A stretch of 64,000 bases of DNA from Eledone cirrhosa (taxonomy: Eukaryota): contig OZ024742.1 of assembly GCA_964016885.1 (NCBI GenBank), positions 224,626,001 to 224,690,000 on the forward strand, given 5' to 3'. Position 1 is the stretch's first letter; the number at the start of each line of letters is the position of its first letter. The notes under the pieces were generated by a model that saw nothing but the letters and a program-made list of their open reading frames with translations, was not told the origin of the DNA and searched no databases. Position numbers and translations under genes: made by a program. This document shows, in pieces, positions 13,845 to 30,078 of this stretch.

Positions 13845-13949
13845 CAGAGCAGTAGTCACTGTTGGAGTCGTTCGTGTTCTCTAGTCACATGACAGCAATA
13901 ATATTTCTGTGAGAATATGTGTAGACGTGGGAGAGAGAGAGTGTGTGTT

Positions 13950-14100
<151 letters not shown>

Positions 14101-14410
14101 TTTGAAAAAGAGAAAGTTGGTTTTATATAACGCTATATGTGCGCTGCCTGTGTGTATGGATGTGTGTATGTGTGCATGTGTGTTTGTGATTCGAAAAGTA
14201 TATAGAAATAATTCACACACACACACATACACATATCATACATACATAGATACATACATACATACATAAATATATAGGTACGCACATATATAGATATATA
14301 CCTACATACATATATCTAAATATGTGTTATATACAAGCAAACAAACAAAATCACACATTACATTATATATATATAACGTAATGTGTGATTTTGTTTGTTT
14401 GTTTGCTTGT

Positions 14411-14506
<96 letters not shown>

Positions 14507-14586
14507 TATAAATTCATAGGGAGAGGAAAGACTGTATATATTTTATCTAATAATTCTTCAAACTTGCAATTTTAAATATATAAATC

Positions 14587-14637
14587 AGATTCCTGATAAT
14601 TTCTAAAGAATGAAACAGTTCTAGTCCTGTAGAATCT
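14587..14637 (+). ncRNA. Hammerhead, family of 5627 (core G8 mutated to A)
   Basis: AGATTC/GAATCT stem I is compensatory relative to GCTTC/GAAGC; CTGATAA; TTC/GAA; GAAACAG..CTGTA. Confidence 0.6.
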
Positions 14638-14720
14638 CATCTATATTAAAACTTTTATACTCTGCAATGTATTGAGTACCTTACTTACTGTGGTTACCTC
14701 CGATTCAACCCGTAATAACG

Positions 14721-14820
<100 letters not shown>

Positions 14821-14834
14821 TATATAATATATAT

Positions 14835-14926
<92 letters not shown>

Positions 14927-14929
<3 letters not shown>

Positions 14930-14979
14930 CTCTCCTGATGATTTCTTACGAATGAAACTGTTCTAGTCCTGTAGAACCC
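14927..14979 (+). ncRNA. Hammerhead, family of 5627
   Basis: CTGATGA-TTTCTTACGAAT-GAAA-CTGTTCTAGTCCTGTA-GAACCC, followed by the same downstream tail. Confidence 0.6.
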
Positions 14980-15207
14980 ATTTCTATATTAAATTTTGTA
15001 TATACTCTATTAATGTATTAAGTACTTCACTTACTGTGGTTAACCCCGACTCATTCACTCACACACACACACGCACACACACATATATATATAGGAATAA
15101 ACAGGGACTGTGTAGTTGCTGGGTAACGTGTATAAGAGAAAAGCAAGAACAGGAGAAAATTTTCCTTCATCAGTCGTCTGCTGGGGTTCCGGATATTTCA
15201 ACGCATT

Positions 15208-15400
15208 ATGGTGGGTTGACAGTATCGGTAGAGGGTCGGGCGCCATGCTTTGACGCATAGTGTTACGGCCCTTGCCATTCTGAGTTCAAATCCCGCCGAG
15301 GTTAACTTTGCCTTTCATCCTTACGGAGTCGATAAAATAAAGTACCAGTAATACACTGGAATAATTGCTGGCCTTGTGCCAAAAGTAGAAACAATTATTT
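15208..15400 (+). mobile_element. Nin-type SINE
   Basis: Same A/B boxes, core and tail as the copy at 2233. Confidence 0.85.
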
Positions 15401-15447
15401 ATATGCATATATATATTATATATATATAAATATATATATATATATAA

Positions 15448-15567
<120 letters not shown>

Positions 15568-15741
15568 ATATATATATATATATATAATATATATATATAT
15601 ATATAATATATATATATATATAATATATATATATATATAATATATATATATATATAATATATATATATAATATATATATATATATAATATATATATATAT
15701 ATAATATATATATATATATAATATATATATATATATAATAT

Positions 15742-15773
<32 letters not shown>

Positions 15774-15813
15774 ATATATATATATATATAATATATATAT
15801 ATATATAATATAT

Positions 15814-15860
<47 letters not shown>

Positions 15861-15876
15861 TATATATATAATATAT

Positions 15877-16000
<124 letters not shown>

Positions 16001-16190
16001 AGTAGTGGTTATATGTGTAGTGGTTATATTTAATTTGTTGGGATACAATAAGCAAAATATTTTTATAACTGATATAAAGCACTCAACAAATTATTGGAGT
16101 AAATATACAATATATTAACAAATGGAAACTATATTTATAAAACCATATTTATTTCATTATACATATTTCAAGGGCCACCAAGGCAGATGA

Positions 16191-16256
16191 TATTTTATCT
16201 GATGAAAGCACACCATAATCTGCCTTGGTGGCCCTTGAAATATGTATAATGAAATA
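16191..16256 (+). ncRNA. Hammerhead with abutting inverted partial copy (about 16020-16190)
   Basis: TATTTTAT-CTGATGA-AAGCACACCA...TGGTGGCCCTT-GAAA-TATGTATA-ATGAAATA; the upstream sequence is its reverse complement. Confidence 0.7.
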
Positions 16257-16290
16257 AATATGGTTTTATAAATATAGTTTCCATTTGTTA

Positions 16291-16402
<112 letters not shown>

Positions 16403-16698
16403 TAAGCAAATAAATAACCAGGTTTTAATTAGATTATTTAATATTTTTACGAACGTTTCTTTAAATACAGAAGGGGGTAGCATTTTATAGCTCTGTAGTG
16501 ATTCCTTCAGAATCATTAAATAATGCAAAAAAGATGTTTTACCAACCGCATGTCCAAGTGTCTCCAAACAGGAAAAAAAATACGAATTTTGTGTATGGGT
16601 GTGTATGTATGTGTATGTGTGTCTGTATATGTACATGCGTATGTGTATGTACATGTGTGTGTGCAAAATTAATTCTATTCTTTACGTATTCACATTAG

Positions 16699-16784
<86 letters not shown>

Positions 16785-16853
16785 TCTAGAGGACTAAGAC
16801 CTAATTCTGTCATTTCTGACTTAAATATATTATCTGCTTTATGTCTCCCCCCT

Positions 16854-16941
<88 letters not shown>

Positions 16942-17115
16942 AAATACACACATACACATATACATATATGATATGTGTATATGTCTATATATACACGTAT
17001 ATACATACGCACGCACATAAGTCTCTCTCTCTCTCACTCTCGCTCTCTCTCTCTCTATATATATATCCGCATATATATATATATATATATATGTGTATCT
17101 CTATATATATATATA

Positions 17116-17214
<99 letters not shown>

Positions 17215-17394
17215 CACATACGCAAGTAGATACGCAGTGCATTCCTGATGGTATATATTTGACTGTTCAACATCAATTAACGTCCACATTCTTGACTACT
17301 TACTTGAAACAATCGCAAATCAATGGAATAATAGCCACCTCACACACACACACACACGCATGTACATACATGCATATATATATATATGTATATA

Positions 17395-17484
17395 TTGGGT
17401 CTGACGAGCCGCCGATTACAGAGTCGGGTCAGATCGATACAGATCGAACCTTGAGCTGATCAGTGGCGAAACGCGCGTCACCAA
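17395..17484 (+). ncRNA. Hammerhead with extended stem II and palindromic ACGCGCGT stem III
   Basis: TTGGGT/ACCAA; CTGACGA 17401; GCCGC...GTGGC; GAAA 17468; GUC cleavage after 17479; AATAAA at ~17487. Confidence 0.75.
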
Positions 17485-17656
17485 CTAATAAACGTAATGA
17501 AGGAGTAACCAATCGTCCTTGTTATTTTATTTCACTATAATACACTCTGTCTAGCTCTACACCTCGACACTGAAGTGAACCTAAACATCGAGTGCTCACC
17601 CGGGTGAACTTACAGTAACGCCAAGTTACACACCCTGGATATATATATATATATAT

Positions 17657-18480
17657 AAGAAAGTAAGTCCATAGAATCATTAGATAAAATATATACAGTA
17701 TTTCTTCTCCCAATCAGCATAATCAACCAGACAAAAAATCATTTAAACGATGCTATGAGTTTAAAATATACCTATGAAGAAATAATAGATAAATAAATGA
17801 TAGCTTTTTATCCGCGATTCACAGCCACAGAAAATTTACCTAGTATTTCTGATAGCCTGTAGAAATTGATTAGACATACAGTTAACCATACGTAATTAGG
17901 TACAAAATCAAAGTTAGGAGAAAAATTGTACATAAACATACCAAAATCATCAAAATATATCTCTACCCCCGGAAGTTTTATTCGCTTTTTGGATATATCC
18001 GATCTTGGATAAATCAACGAGTTTCGAAATCATCAGGAGACAAACTCAATTGGACAAAGATTTTTCTTAAATGATCCCCGCCAGAAACAAATTCAAAATA
18101 GCTAAGAATTGTCACGTGGCCAGTGGTCAAGTCAGAAAGCTTGTGATTGGTGCCTGTCGGCGAGTAGGCCGGTTGCTAGAAAGCACAGCCGAATACTGCC
18201 TAAAGTTTTACTCAACCTTACGGGAGTATATACAATTTAGAAGTTTACATACACATAAACTAGACAGAGCCATATATATATATATATATATATGTTTTTG
18301 GCAACCATTCACGGTGTGGCTCAATGACGAATTAATTAATTAAATAATCAACAATCAGAGCAATATATAAGAAAGTAAGTCCATAGAATCATTAGATAAA
18401 ATATATACAGTATTTCTTCTCCCAATCACCATAATCAACCACACAAAAAATCATTTAAACGAGGCTATAAGTTTAAAATA
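17657..18480 (+). repeat. ~115-bp direct repeats (17657-17771, 18368-18480) flanking about 600 bp
   Basis: TAAGAAAGTAAGTCCATAGAATCATTAGATAAAATATATACAGTATTTCTTCTCCCAATCA... occurs twice. Confidence 0.8.
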
Positions 18481-18547
18481 TATATATGTATATATATATA
18501 CACACATACATATATATATATGTATGTATATATAAGTATGTATATAT

Positions 18548-18619
<72 letters not shown>

Positions 18620-18628
18620 GCAGTGATC

Positions 18629-18672
<44 letters not shown>

Positions 18673-18673
<1 letters not shown>

Positions 18674-19076
18674 GCAGTGATCTACATGTGGAAAATCCTA
18701 GAGGGACTAGCACCAAACTTTGGCATTGGGAACGTATGGTGCCAAAGGTCAGGTCTTCCACATCTAAAATAAGGAGCAGGTATTGCAATAGCCTGGGATT
18801 CAAGGGCCCTCAACTCTTCAACAAGCTGCCGAGGGATCTGAGAGATCTACATGGTGTGAAGGTGGATGTCTTCAAGAAACATCTCGACACCATGCTATCC
18901 AGGATCCCGGATGAGCCCACAGCAAGGCACGAGGGAAACCTTAGGGCAGCAGCAACGAACTCCCTCTTACACCAGTGGCCAACCAATACAGGCTGGAGAT
19001 AAAATGTGTAGCAACAAGGGCGGTGCCCCAGCAAGGCCTCAGCCGGATGGCTGGAACAGGTAAAAGAGTAAAATAG
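18673..19076 (+). mobile_element. CR1-clade LINE 3' end in (TA)n
   Basis: [44 protein letters not shown] plus 3'UTR; related to 60138-61545. Confidence 0.8.
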
Positions 19077-19087
19077 TATATATATAT

Positions 19088-19275
19088 AACGAAGGAGTTG
19101 TGGTAAGGAACCAGATGGACCATAACGCACCAGAGTACTCAATACTTAGGGTAGTAGAGTGGGTAATAGGAAAATGTAGACCCCGACGGCAGAGCTGAAG
19201 CCGTTTCGACGGCTATTTCTGGATTGAAATAGCCGTTGAAACGGCTTGAGCTTTGCCGTCGGGGTCATACATGTT

Positions 19276-19280
<5 letters not shown>
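19088..19280. repeat. PLE-like terminal cassette with two inverted hammerhead 3' halves; second cassette at 20572-20765; fragments at 2752, 10880, 42000, 56795, 63725
   Basis: GAAACGGC-TTGAGCT(C/T)N-GCCGTC-GGGGT (stem III with GAGCTC-like loop, GUC triplet) on both strands; the CUGANGA half is missing. Confidence 0.7.
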
Positions 19281-19333
<53 letters not shown>

Positions 19334-19949
19334 CAGCAATAAGTCACCACGTTCAACAGTTAATACATTATTTATTTGATCTATAATTATTAGTTCCACT
19401 AAATACAGACATAGATTATAATAATATCAGAACATGACTGTTGGTAATACCAGGTGCAACGACTGTTATGAAAAGAACGTTAAATAATTCTGACAATTCT
19501 AACCTTCCATAACTTTACAAAAAAAACCTTGTTTATAATTTACGGCTGGAACATACGGTTAAAAACTACATCGATCGTTAATTAAAAATTCTTTAATATT
19601 TTGTATTTCTAATTGAACCTGACGATTTCTTTATAACCATTGTAAGCAATATCCAAAGGTGTAGATCAAATAAACGATGTATTAAGTGTTGAACTTAGTC
19701 ACTTATTGGTTTGTTAATATATGGTCTGTGATTTAAATCTAAGATGACTGTGAAGTATACCAACTGGATTTACCCTGAAATATCTCTTGTTTACAAATAT
19801 CTGAATGGCTTACTGTTGTTTTATTAACTTATAGAATACTCTCTCTCTCTCTATATATATATATATATTATATATATACATGTATGTATGTTTCTCCTGC
19901 CTCTGATTATGTTTTGATGAAAGCCTGACGTCCGAATCATTAAGACATG

Positions 19950-20059
<110 letters not shown>

Positions 20060-20801
20060 TGTCTATATGCTATTGAGCGCAGCCCAAAAACCGCTGTGCC
20101 CTAAGCCTAGAGCCCATCACCCTCTCTTTCCCTACTCCCATTCTTGTGTGACCCTAGAGTACTTGCCCTTCATTTCATTTTCAATGTTTAAACATCTGTA
20201 GTATTTTTGTCTCCCTCTATACATATATGTATCTATTTATTTATTCCACCGTCATATATATGTATATATATGTATCTATGGAACCTTTCTATGGATTTCA
20301 CTGAATTACTCGCTATCAGATTACATTGAGTTCTATCTACGGTACGGACCCTACCACGAATGGTAGACCACATTGAAAATACATATATATATATGTTTAT
20401 ATAGTAATAAGAAATACAAAGATCAAAATATGTAGAGGACTCGATAAGTATTGTATATATATAAGTGTATATAATTGCGTAGAGTAGATATATATTATTA
20501 GTATGGATTAAGAATTTAAGCAGTAAATTACAGCTTTCACCCTAAGCGGGATTTTATGAATATATATATATAAGAAAATGTGTAAGCCCGACGGCAGAGC
20601 TCAAGCCGTTTCGACGGCTATTTCTGGACTCAGAAATAGCCATCGAAACGGCTTGAGCTCGGCCGTCGGGGTTAAACATTTTCCTATTACCCACTCTACT
20701 ACCCTAAGTATTGAGTACTCTGGTGCATTATGGTCCTTCTGATTCCTTACCACACTTCTCCAGTTATATATATATATATATATAAATATATATATATATA
20801 A

Positions 20802-20886
<85 letters not shown>

Positions 20887-20993
20887 CAGTGAAAAATTGA
20901 ACCGGAACAAAACAGAGAGGCAGTACGAACAAAGGTTTATTAGTTTCACGCTCTTGAGAGTGGGGTGGTGGTATATATAATATATATATATAA

Positions 20994-21070
<77 letters not shown>

Positions 21071-21071
21071 C

Positions 21072-21174
<103 letters not shown>

Positions 21175-21380
21175 TATATTTATCTGTTAGATACACTTAA
21201 ACCACTTATCCATTCGATACAAACATCTCGATATACCGAAGTGATTGACAAAATACTCAAGGCAATAAAATCAATTAAATTAACTGGTGTTGCACCAGCA
21301 TGGCCGGTGTTTAATGACCCCTGCTGTCATCAGAATACGAGAATAAAAGGGTAAAAGATTAAAAGAATACAAACATTACG

Positions 21381-21453
<73 letters not shown>

Positions 21454-21534
21454 GGGGGGGTTAGGATCAGAGGTAGGGGGGAGAAGGAGGAGCATAAAAG
21501 TGGGTCGGTCAAATTGTAGGAACGCCAATAGAAA

Positions 21535-21597
<63 letters not shown>

Positions 21598-21711
21598 TAA
21601 AAAGGAAAAGAAAATGCTGACAAATTTTTCCCAGTGAAAAATAGTTTAATTAGGAATAAGTATTGGTTAGTATTCAGTTTCAGTTTTAAGCTTTTACCGG
21701 TTGCGCATTTC

Positions 21712-21828
21712 TAATGCTTTTCAAAAATAATTTTGAGATAGAGCGCTCGTGTTGTTTGCTCTAATCTGCTCCAGGATAGAGCAAACATCACGAACGCTCT
21801 ATCTCAAAATTATTTTTGAAAAGCATTA
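21712..21828. repeat. Near-perfect inverted repeat (~57-bp arms) upstream of a hammerhead
   Basis: TAATGCTTTTCAAAAATAATTTTGAGATAGAGCG... and its reverse complement. Confidence 0.85.
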
Positions 21829-21879
21829 CATGACTGAATCTTAACCATCTACTATGTCAGGGTATGTCATGCATCATCT

Positions 21880-21946
21880 TATTTTATCTGATGAGGACGT
21901 ACTGTTGAACTTAACTCAGTACCTCTGAAATATGTATAATAAAATA
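21880..21946 (+). ncRNA. Hammerhead ribozyme (family of 9945/10170)
   Basis: TATTTTAT-CTGATGA-GGA-C-GTACTG...CAGTAC-C-TCT-GAAA-TATGTATA-ATAAAATA. Confidence 0.78.
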
Positions 21947-21990
21947 TAATTGATCACAAGAATATCTATTTTGTTAATATTTTGAATTAA

Positions 21991-22037
<47 letters not shown>

Positions 22038-22243
22038 TGAAATTTCCGTTGGAAACAGAAAAGGTCATAGAAATGAAGAGTGCTCTATGTAAGTATCAGA
22101 GCAAAATTTAATGTAACATACATATACACACACCTAACTATATTTCTTGATAGATTTTTATATATTTCAATTTCTATTTCATTTATCTATATCTTTTTTT
22201 GATTTTCTTGATGAGTTTTTCTAAGTATTTACCCATGTTTTAT

Positions 22244-22321
22244 ATTGCCTCGTCTGACGGACGAATGAAGTCGTTTATTTCGTATTCGCCTCATTCGGGA
22301 AACCTCTGGTAATGAGGTAAT
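22244..22321 (+). ncRNA. Hammerhead with 10-bp stem I and variant core CUGACGG
   Basis: ATTGCCTCGT/ATGAGGTAAT; CGAATGA/TCATTCG stem II; GAAA 22299; ACC-TCT-GGT stem III; GUA. Confidence 0.6.
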
Positions 22322-22531
22322 TATATTGTATTGATTTTTATACATTATATATATATATATATAGTAATAATAATAAATTTGAAGACTAAAATCCAAAGAG
22401 GGCTCGATTCTTTGCTTAAACTTTAATCTGTTATTTTAATAAATATATATATATATAATAAAAAATAAAATTTTCGCTCTACATGGCTGAATACAATAAA
22501 ATGTAATCTGAGTTTTTCGAATGTTAATAAT

Positions 22532-22747
22532 GGTTTCTTTTATAGGCACAAGGCCAGCAATTTTGGAGGAAGGGAAAGTCGATTAAACCGACCCCAGTGC
22601 GTGACTGGTACTTTATTTTATCGACCCCGTAAGGATGAAAGGCAAAGTTAACCTCGGCGGAATTTGAACTCAGATCATAAAGGACCGTAACTCTATGCTG
22701 CAAAGAATGGCGCCCGGCCCTCTACCGATACTGCCAATCCACCGCCC
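22532..22747 (-). mobile_element. Nin-type SINE, long variant, 19-bp TSD
   Basis: TSD TTTTTCGAATGTTAATAAT at 22513-22531 and 22748-22766. Confidence 0.9.
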
Positions 22748-22961
22748 TTTTTCGAATGTTAATAATAACATTCGACTCGTTTACAATTATGCAAACAAGC
22801 CTCAATTTTATAGCCATGTCAGTAGAATGAACCCTGCAGTTCTGTTCACATGCCAACACAAGAGCAAGAATGAAGTGTTCATTCTACTGACATGGCTATA
22901 CATTTGAGGCTCGTTTGCATAATTGCAAACGAATCGAATGTTATTATTAATATTCAAAAAA

Positions 22962-23135
22962 GGGCGGTGGATTGGCAGTATCGGTAGAGGGTCGGACGCC
23001 AAGCATAGAGTTACGGCTCTTGCCATTCTGAGTTCAAATCCCACCGTAGTTAACTCTGCCTTTCATCCTTACGATTAAATAAAGTACCAGTTATACACTG
23101 GGATAATTGCTGGCTTTGTGCCAAAAGTAGAAACA
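22962..23135 (+). mobile_element. Nin-type SINE, short variant, 19-bp TSD
   Basis: TSD ATTATTAATATTC(A/G)AAAAA at 22943-22961 and 23136-23154. Confidence 0.9.
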
Positions 23136-23171
23136 ATTATTAATATTCGAAAAACTCAGATTACATTTATT

Positions 23172-24603
<1,432 letters not shown>

Positions 24604-24943
24604 GCGTGTGTGTGTGCGCTAAGTATTTCCGGAGAAAAGGTAAAGGAAAAAAAAGTGCTCTCTACAGAGCTAATTAAAAAAAATAATATACCTGTGTGTG
24701 TGTGTGTGTTTGTGTTTATGTGTGTGCGTGTGTTGCGCGCGTGCGTATGTGTGTAAACAAATGTATATATGTAAATTTCATATTTGCTATCAAACCGGCA
24801 ATAACTTCAGCGTAGGGTAGAAAATCTCTATATTTTGTACAGTCTACACATGTCTTAACATGTAACATCTCACATATATATATATATATATTATAATGAA
24901 ATGACAGGAGGCTGGATTTGTGTAAATCATTGAAAGGTTTATT

Positions 24944-25001
24944 ATACTATGATCATTTCAATGACCGGGTTCCGTATGAATCCGGTGACATCATCAGGTA
25001 T
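24944..25001 (-). ncRNA. Hammerhead, inverted partner of 25133
   Basis: Reverse complement of the 25133-25190 motif, within ~120-bp arms spanning 24891-25243. Confidence 0.75.
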
Positions 25002-25132
25002 TCGAAATATAAGAAGTGAATGTAATAGAGGGCTACCGGCAAAGGTGGAAAATGTTGGATGGCGGTCGTCCTCGGGTCTTTGATTTTCAGCCCCATGGAT
25101 TTTATCTATTACATTCACTTATTATATTTCTA

Positions 25133-25190
25133 ATACCTGATGATATCACCGGATTCATACGGAACCCGGTCATTGAAATGATCATAGTAT
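25133..25190 (+). ncRNA. Hammerhead ribozyme
   Basis: ATAC/GTAT; CTGATGA 25137; TAT-C-ACCGG/CCGGT-C-ATT; GAAA 25175; palindromic ATGATCAT; AUA; AATAAA at 25191. Confidence 0.82.
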
Positions 25191-25517
25191 AATAAACCTT
25201 TCAAGGATTTACACAAGTCCAGCCTCCTGTTATTTCATTATAATATTTAACTCCGTACTAGCACCACCAACTACAAAAACAAAGACGGTTGAACTGCTTT
25301 ACGTTGAGTACTCTCCATATTATTACATTAAGATTGACCATACGGAATTGACCAGCTCTATCCAGTGGTGAACCTCAAACCTGAATAAATATATATATAT
25401 ATATATATATTTCGTTTCTGAATTTGTTTAGCAAGATTCTTTATCTGAAATCGTGTGTTGAAACCGATATTGTTATACTTTAGGAGGGTTATTGGCAACA
25501 TGACCCTCCGAAAGTAT

Positions 25518-25548
<31 letters not shown>

Positions 25549-25644
25549 CAAATAAATGTATACACACATACAAACGCACTCACACACACACATATATATA
25601 TAATTAGACAATAAGTTACACGAATACACCATTCAAGGAAAAGC

Positions 25645-26410
25645 AATTATTACATGCTTTCAACCGATTACTAATATATAGATATATATATATGAGTGTG
25701 TATGTGTGTGCATGTGTGTGTGTGTTGTGTGTGTGTGAGTGTGTGTGCATGTGTGAGTGTGTGTTGTGTGAGTGTGTGTTGTGTGTGTGCATGTTGTGTG
25801 TGCATGTGTTGTGTGTGCATGTGTTGTATGTGTGAGTGTGTATGTGTGCGTGTGTGTGTGTGAATTATTACATGTTTTCAACCGATTACTAATATAAATA
25901 TATATATATGAGTGTGTGTGTGTATGTTGTGTGTGCATGTGTGTGTGTTGTGTGTGTGTGTGAGTGTGTGTGTGTGTGCATGTGTGTGTGAGTGTGTGTT
26001 GTGTGTATCTGTATATGTGTGTGTATGTTGTGTGTGTGTGTATGTTGTGTGTGCATGTGTTGTATGTGCATATGTTGTATGTGTGAATGTGTATGTGTGT
26101 GTGTGTGAATTATTACGTTTTCAACCGATTCCTAATATAAATATATATATATGAGTGTGTGTGTGTGTATGTTGTGTGTGCATGTGTGTGTGTTGTGTGT
26201 GTGTGTGAGTGTGTGTGTGTGCATGTGTGTGTGAGTGTGTGTTGTGTGTGTGTGTGTATGTTGTGTGTGTGTGTATGTTGTGTGTACATGTGTGTATGTG
26301 TGAGTGTGTGTGAGTGTGCATGTGTTGTATGTGTGAGTGTGTGTGTGTGCGTGTGTGTGTGTTTATGTGTGTGTGTATGTGTGTGTATGTGTGTGTGTGT
26401 GTGTGTGGCT
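25645..26410. repeat. Three tandem ~215-245-bp units of complex (GT)-rich sequence
   Basis: Anchor ATTATTAC..TTTCAACCGATT.CTAATATA at ~25646, 25864 and 26109. Confidence 0.8.
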
Positions 26411-26537
26411 GTGTGGTTAGAACTGTCTGTTCACAAATACATTGTTGTATCACTCTCTCTTTGAGCCAACTTATGTAGGCCTCTGCTACTCTAGTCACGG
26501 TTTCACCAATATCTTGTCAAGGAGATCTTGTTAAAGC

Positions 26538-26587
<50 letters not shown>

Positions 26588-26764
26588 ATAAATCAGGAAA
26601 GAAGGTTTACATGGTTTGCTATACAAAAAAGTTTTTAATCACATAGCTTACATTTGTTTCACTGAACTGGTATGTCTAGAGATCGCTATTCGCTTAATTT
26701 TGCGTTACTCGATCGCCAATACAGATTACTAAGTGGACTGCATTTAACTATTATTTGTTAATCC

Positions 26765-26798
<34 letters not shown>

Positions 26799-26900
26799 TA
26801 GAATACGGTAAGGTAATAATCAAAATGTTCATACATTGACTGTATGAGCACTCAGTGTGTAGACATTTCATTTCTTAATAGACACACACATACACATACA

Positions 26901-27006
<106 letters not shown>

Positions 27007-27699
27007 GAACACTGGAAGGTAATATCCGTAGTGGTAGAGCACTCAGTCCATGGGACGAGTTAGGTAGAAGTGGTAACATAACAGTTAGTTCACCATACTG
27101 AGAACAATTGTTTCACCTTAGCGGATCCTCATGTACGTGTGTACGTATGTATGTGTGTATGTATGTATGTATGTATGTATGTATGTTTGTGTGTATATAT
27201 ATATATATATATACATACATACATACATACATACATACATACATACATACATACATACATACATACATACATACATGTGTACGCGCTCCATCATCCACTC
27301 TTCTAAAAAATAAATCATACACAAAACGCCAGCATCAACAGTTTTGCAAGAGATGTCAACATGAATGGATATATGTATTTATATCTGTATCTTTGACCGT
27401 TGGTCAGTCAATGATAAACGTTGATTGCCAAATGAATTAACTATGGAGATATAAAAGATACAGAAGCGAAAACCAACCAAACAGTGAGCGTGTTCTGTTA
27501 TTATTTCTGGCAATAGTATTACAACAATATGACCCTCCCCAAGTATAGCAATATCTGTTTCGACACACGGTTTCATATCAAAAACCTCGCTAAACAAATT
27601 CATCGCCGTTATTTTGTACCGTTTCCTCTCACCCCTTTTTTTCTAAATTTCTCTCCCCAACTCCCCTACGCACCCTTGGAACTCTCTTCCCACACACTT

Positions 27700-27737
27700 T
27701 TCACCTGAAGAAGGGCTTATGCCCGAAACGTCATTCC
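27700..27737 (+). ncRNA. Ultra-minimal PLE-type hammerhead core
   Basis: CTGAAGA-A-GGGC-TTAT-GCCC-GAAA-CGTC; stem I is weak; AATAAA at 27771. Confidence 0.6.
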
Positions 27738-27819
27738 CCACCACCACCCCACACTCAAGAGCGTGAAACTAATAAACCTTTGTTCGTACTGCCTCTCTGT
27801 TTTGTTCCCGTTCAATTTT

Positions 27820-28100
<281 letters not shown>

Positions 28101-28644
28101 CATAGGGAGCGAAGAGGTCAAAGACAATGAAAAGAAAGAAACAACGGAAAAAGGACATTGTCGTCTCCTCAGTTAACCTCTGAAAATCACTACGGTCGAT
28201 ACCATTTAATCCAGTGCACATTACGACATAACAAAACAGGTAGAGACACGTTAAGCCCTCAGGTAAATTACACAACTATAGAGTGAACAAAGGCTTAGCC
28301 AAAGGAAAGAAATATAGAATGGAGAGAAATAGTAAAACAGAAGAGAGTAAGGACTGTTGTCTAACGTGCTGACAAAGAAGAACACCGGGGCGTAGAAAAA
28401 AACAAAACAGGCCGGGCAGTGTGATGTCTCTTATATGATGCTTCTAAAAAAAAAAAACCCGCATGGGAGGGCTATATATATAGTGCCGAAATTACTTTCT
28501 GTTAGTATTTAGAGTTTCGTCAAATGCGATGAGCAAAAATCGCGTCGGTTAAAAATGTGATATATGTGGTGTCATTTTTAGTGGCTCCACCACACGGATT
28601 TATCTTGAATAAAATCTTATATAAGTGTCTCACATTTAAATGAA

Positions 28645-28697
<53 letters not shown>

Positions 28698-28783
28698 CAT
28701 GAATGGACCTGTTATTTTTATCTAAAGACATTTTTTTCCAATTCCCCCCACCCGTCCCTTCAATCTATCTTATTTCTCATTCG

Positions 28784-28821
28784 TTCTTCTGGTGAAGGAC
28801 TAGCGTCTGAAACGTTAAGAG
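28784..28821 (+). ncRNA. Minimal hammerhead (A6 mutated to G), paralog of 31736
   Basis: TTCTT-CTGGTGA-AGGACTAGCGTCT-GAAA-CGTT-AAGAG; ~200-bp flanks shared with 31645-31857. Confidence 0.5.
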
Positions 28822-29029
28822 CCTCTTCCTATTATTTCAAGCGTTAAGCTAATATATTCCTTCCATATACTGTACCGATTGTGTTGTTATTTCTGTTTAC
28901 CTTTTACTTTTGCATACATATATGAAGGACTACTGGGCTTTCAAACTTGGCGGTCCTTCTGGCACTGACGGAGACCATCACTGAATATTAATATCGATGT
29001 AGTTTTTTTATATCGATATTGGATGGGCA

Positions 29030-29152
29030 TCCACTGATGAGTTATAAGGGCCCACTTGTGTGTATATCTATGGATTATATACAAGTTTCTACACAACTTG
29101 GACATTATTTCTCCCACCTTGTAGAAATCTTATAACGAAACGATCGTATGGA
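29030..29152 (+). ncRNA. Hammerhead with ~96-nt stem II domain
   Basis: TCCA/TGGA; CTGATGA 29034; GTTATAAG/CTTATAAC; GAAA 29137; palindromic ACGATCGT; GUA cleavage after 29148. Confidence 0.75.
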
Positions 29153-29336
29153 AAGAAAGAGAGATTTATTTAATTATGTCTCATATAAAATAATACAACC
29201 AACTATCCACGGAATACAGTATAGTTAGCACCCCAAACACATAATTGGGATTATACTTAGGTATATCCTAATGTTTGTTGAGTGAGATGGAGTTGGTCAG
29301 AGTATCGCTTAAGGCTTTCTCTGTTAATGTATTAAA

Positions 29337-29436
<100 letters not shown>

Positions 29437-30078
29437 ATATATATAATATATATATATATAATATATATATATATAATATATATATAATATATATATAATA
29501 TATATATATAATATATATATATATATAATATATATATATATAATATATATATATAACATATATATAATATATGTGTGAATGAAGTAATTCCGTCGGAAAG
29601 GTCCAGGAAAAAAAAGGGTGCTCTATGTAGGTTACTGGTAAATGAAATAATTATCTTATGTTGTTTATTACATAACTATATATAATATATATATATAATA
29701 TATATAATATATATAGATACATATATACATTACGTGTACTTATATGTTCAAGGTTTACGATATATGTATAGTAAACAGGCAGACAGATAGAGACAGGCAG
29801 ATAGGCATGTTCCACCAACATATATGTTGCTAATAAACATATCTTCATACAAGCTCCCATATCGTCAGGCTGTCTCCACCTCTTCTATCTCTCTCACTCT
29901 CTACCAGTCTCATTCTCTCTCTCACGCTCTATATCGCCCTCTCTGCTTCTCTTCCTTCCATACACACACGATCATACTCATATCATCAGAATAGAGAGGC
30001 AAAATAACCCCAACTCCCTACAACACACCTCATCTCTCTTTCTTTGCATCTCTAACATACAATATGAGATTATTATAA

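Noticed and set aside
18010-18042. Minus-strand CTGATGA-TTTC-GAAA
   Set aside because: No stem II or convincing stem I, so it is not counted as a hammerhead.
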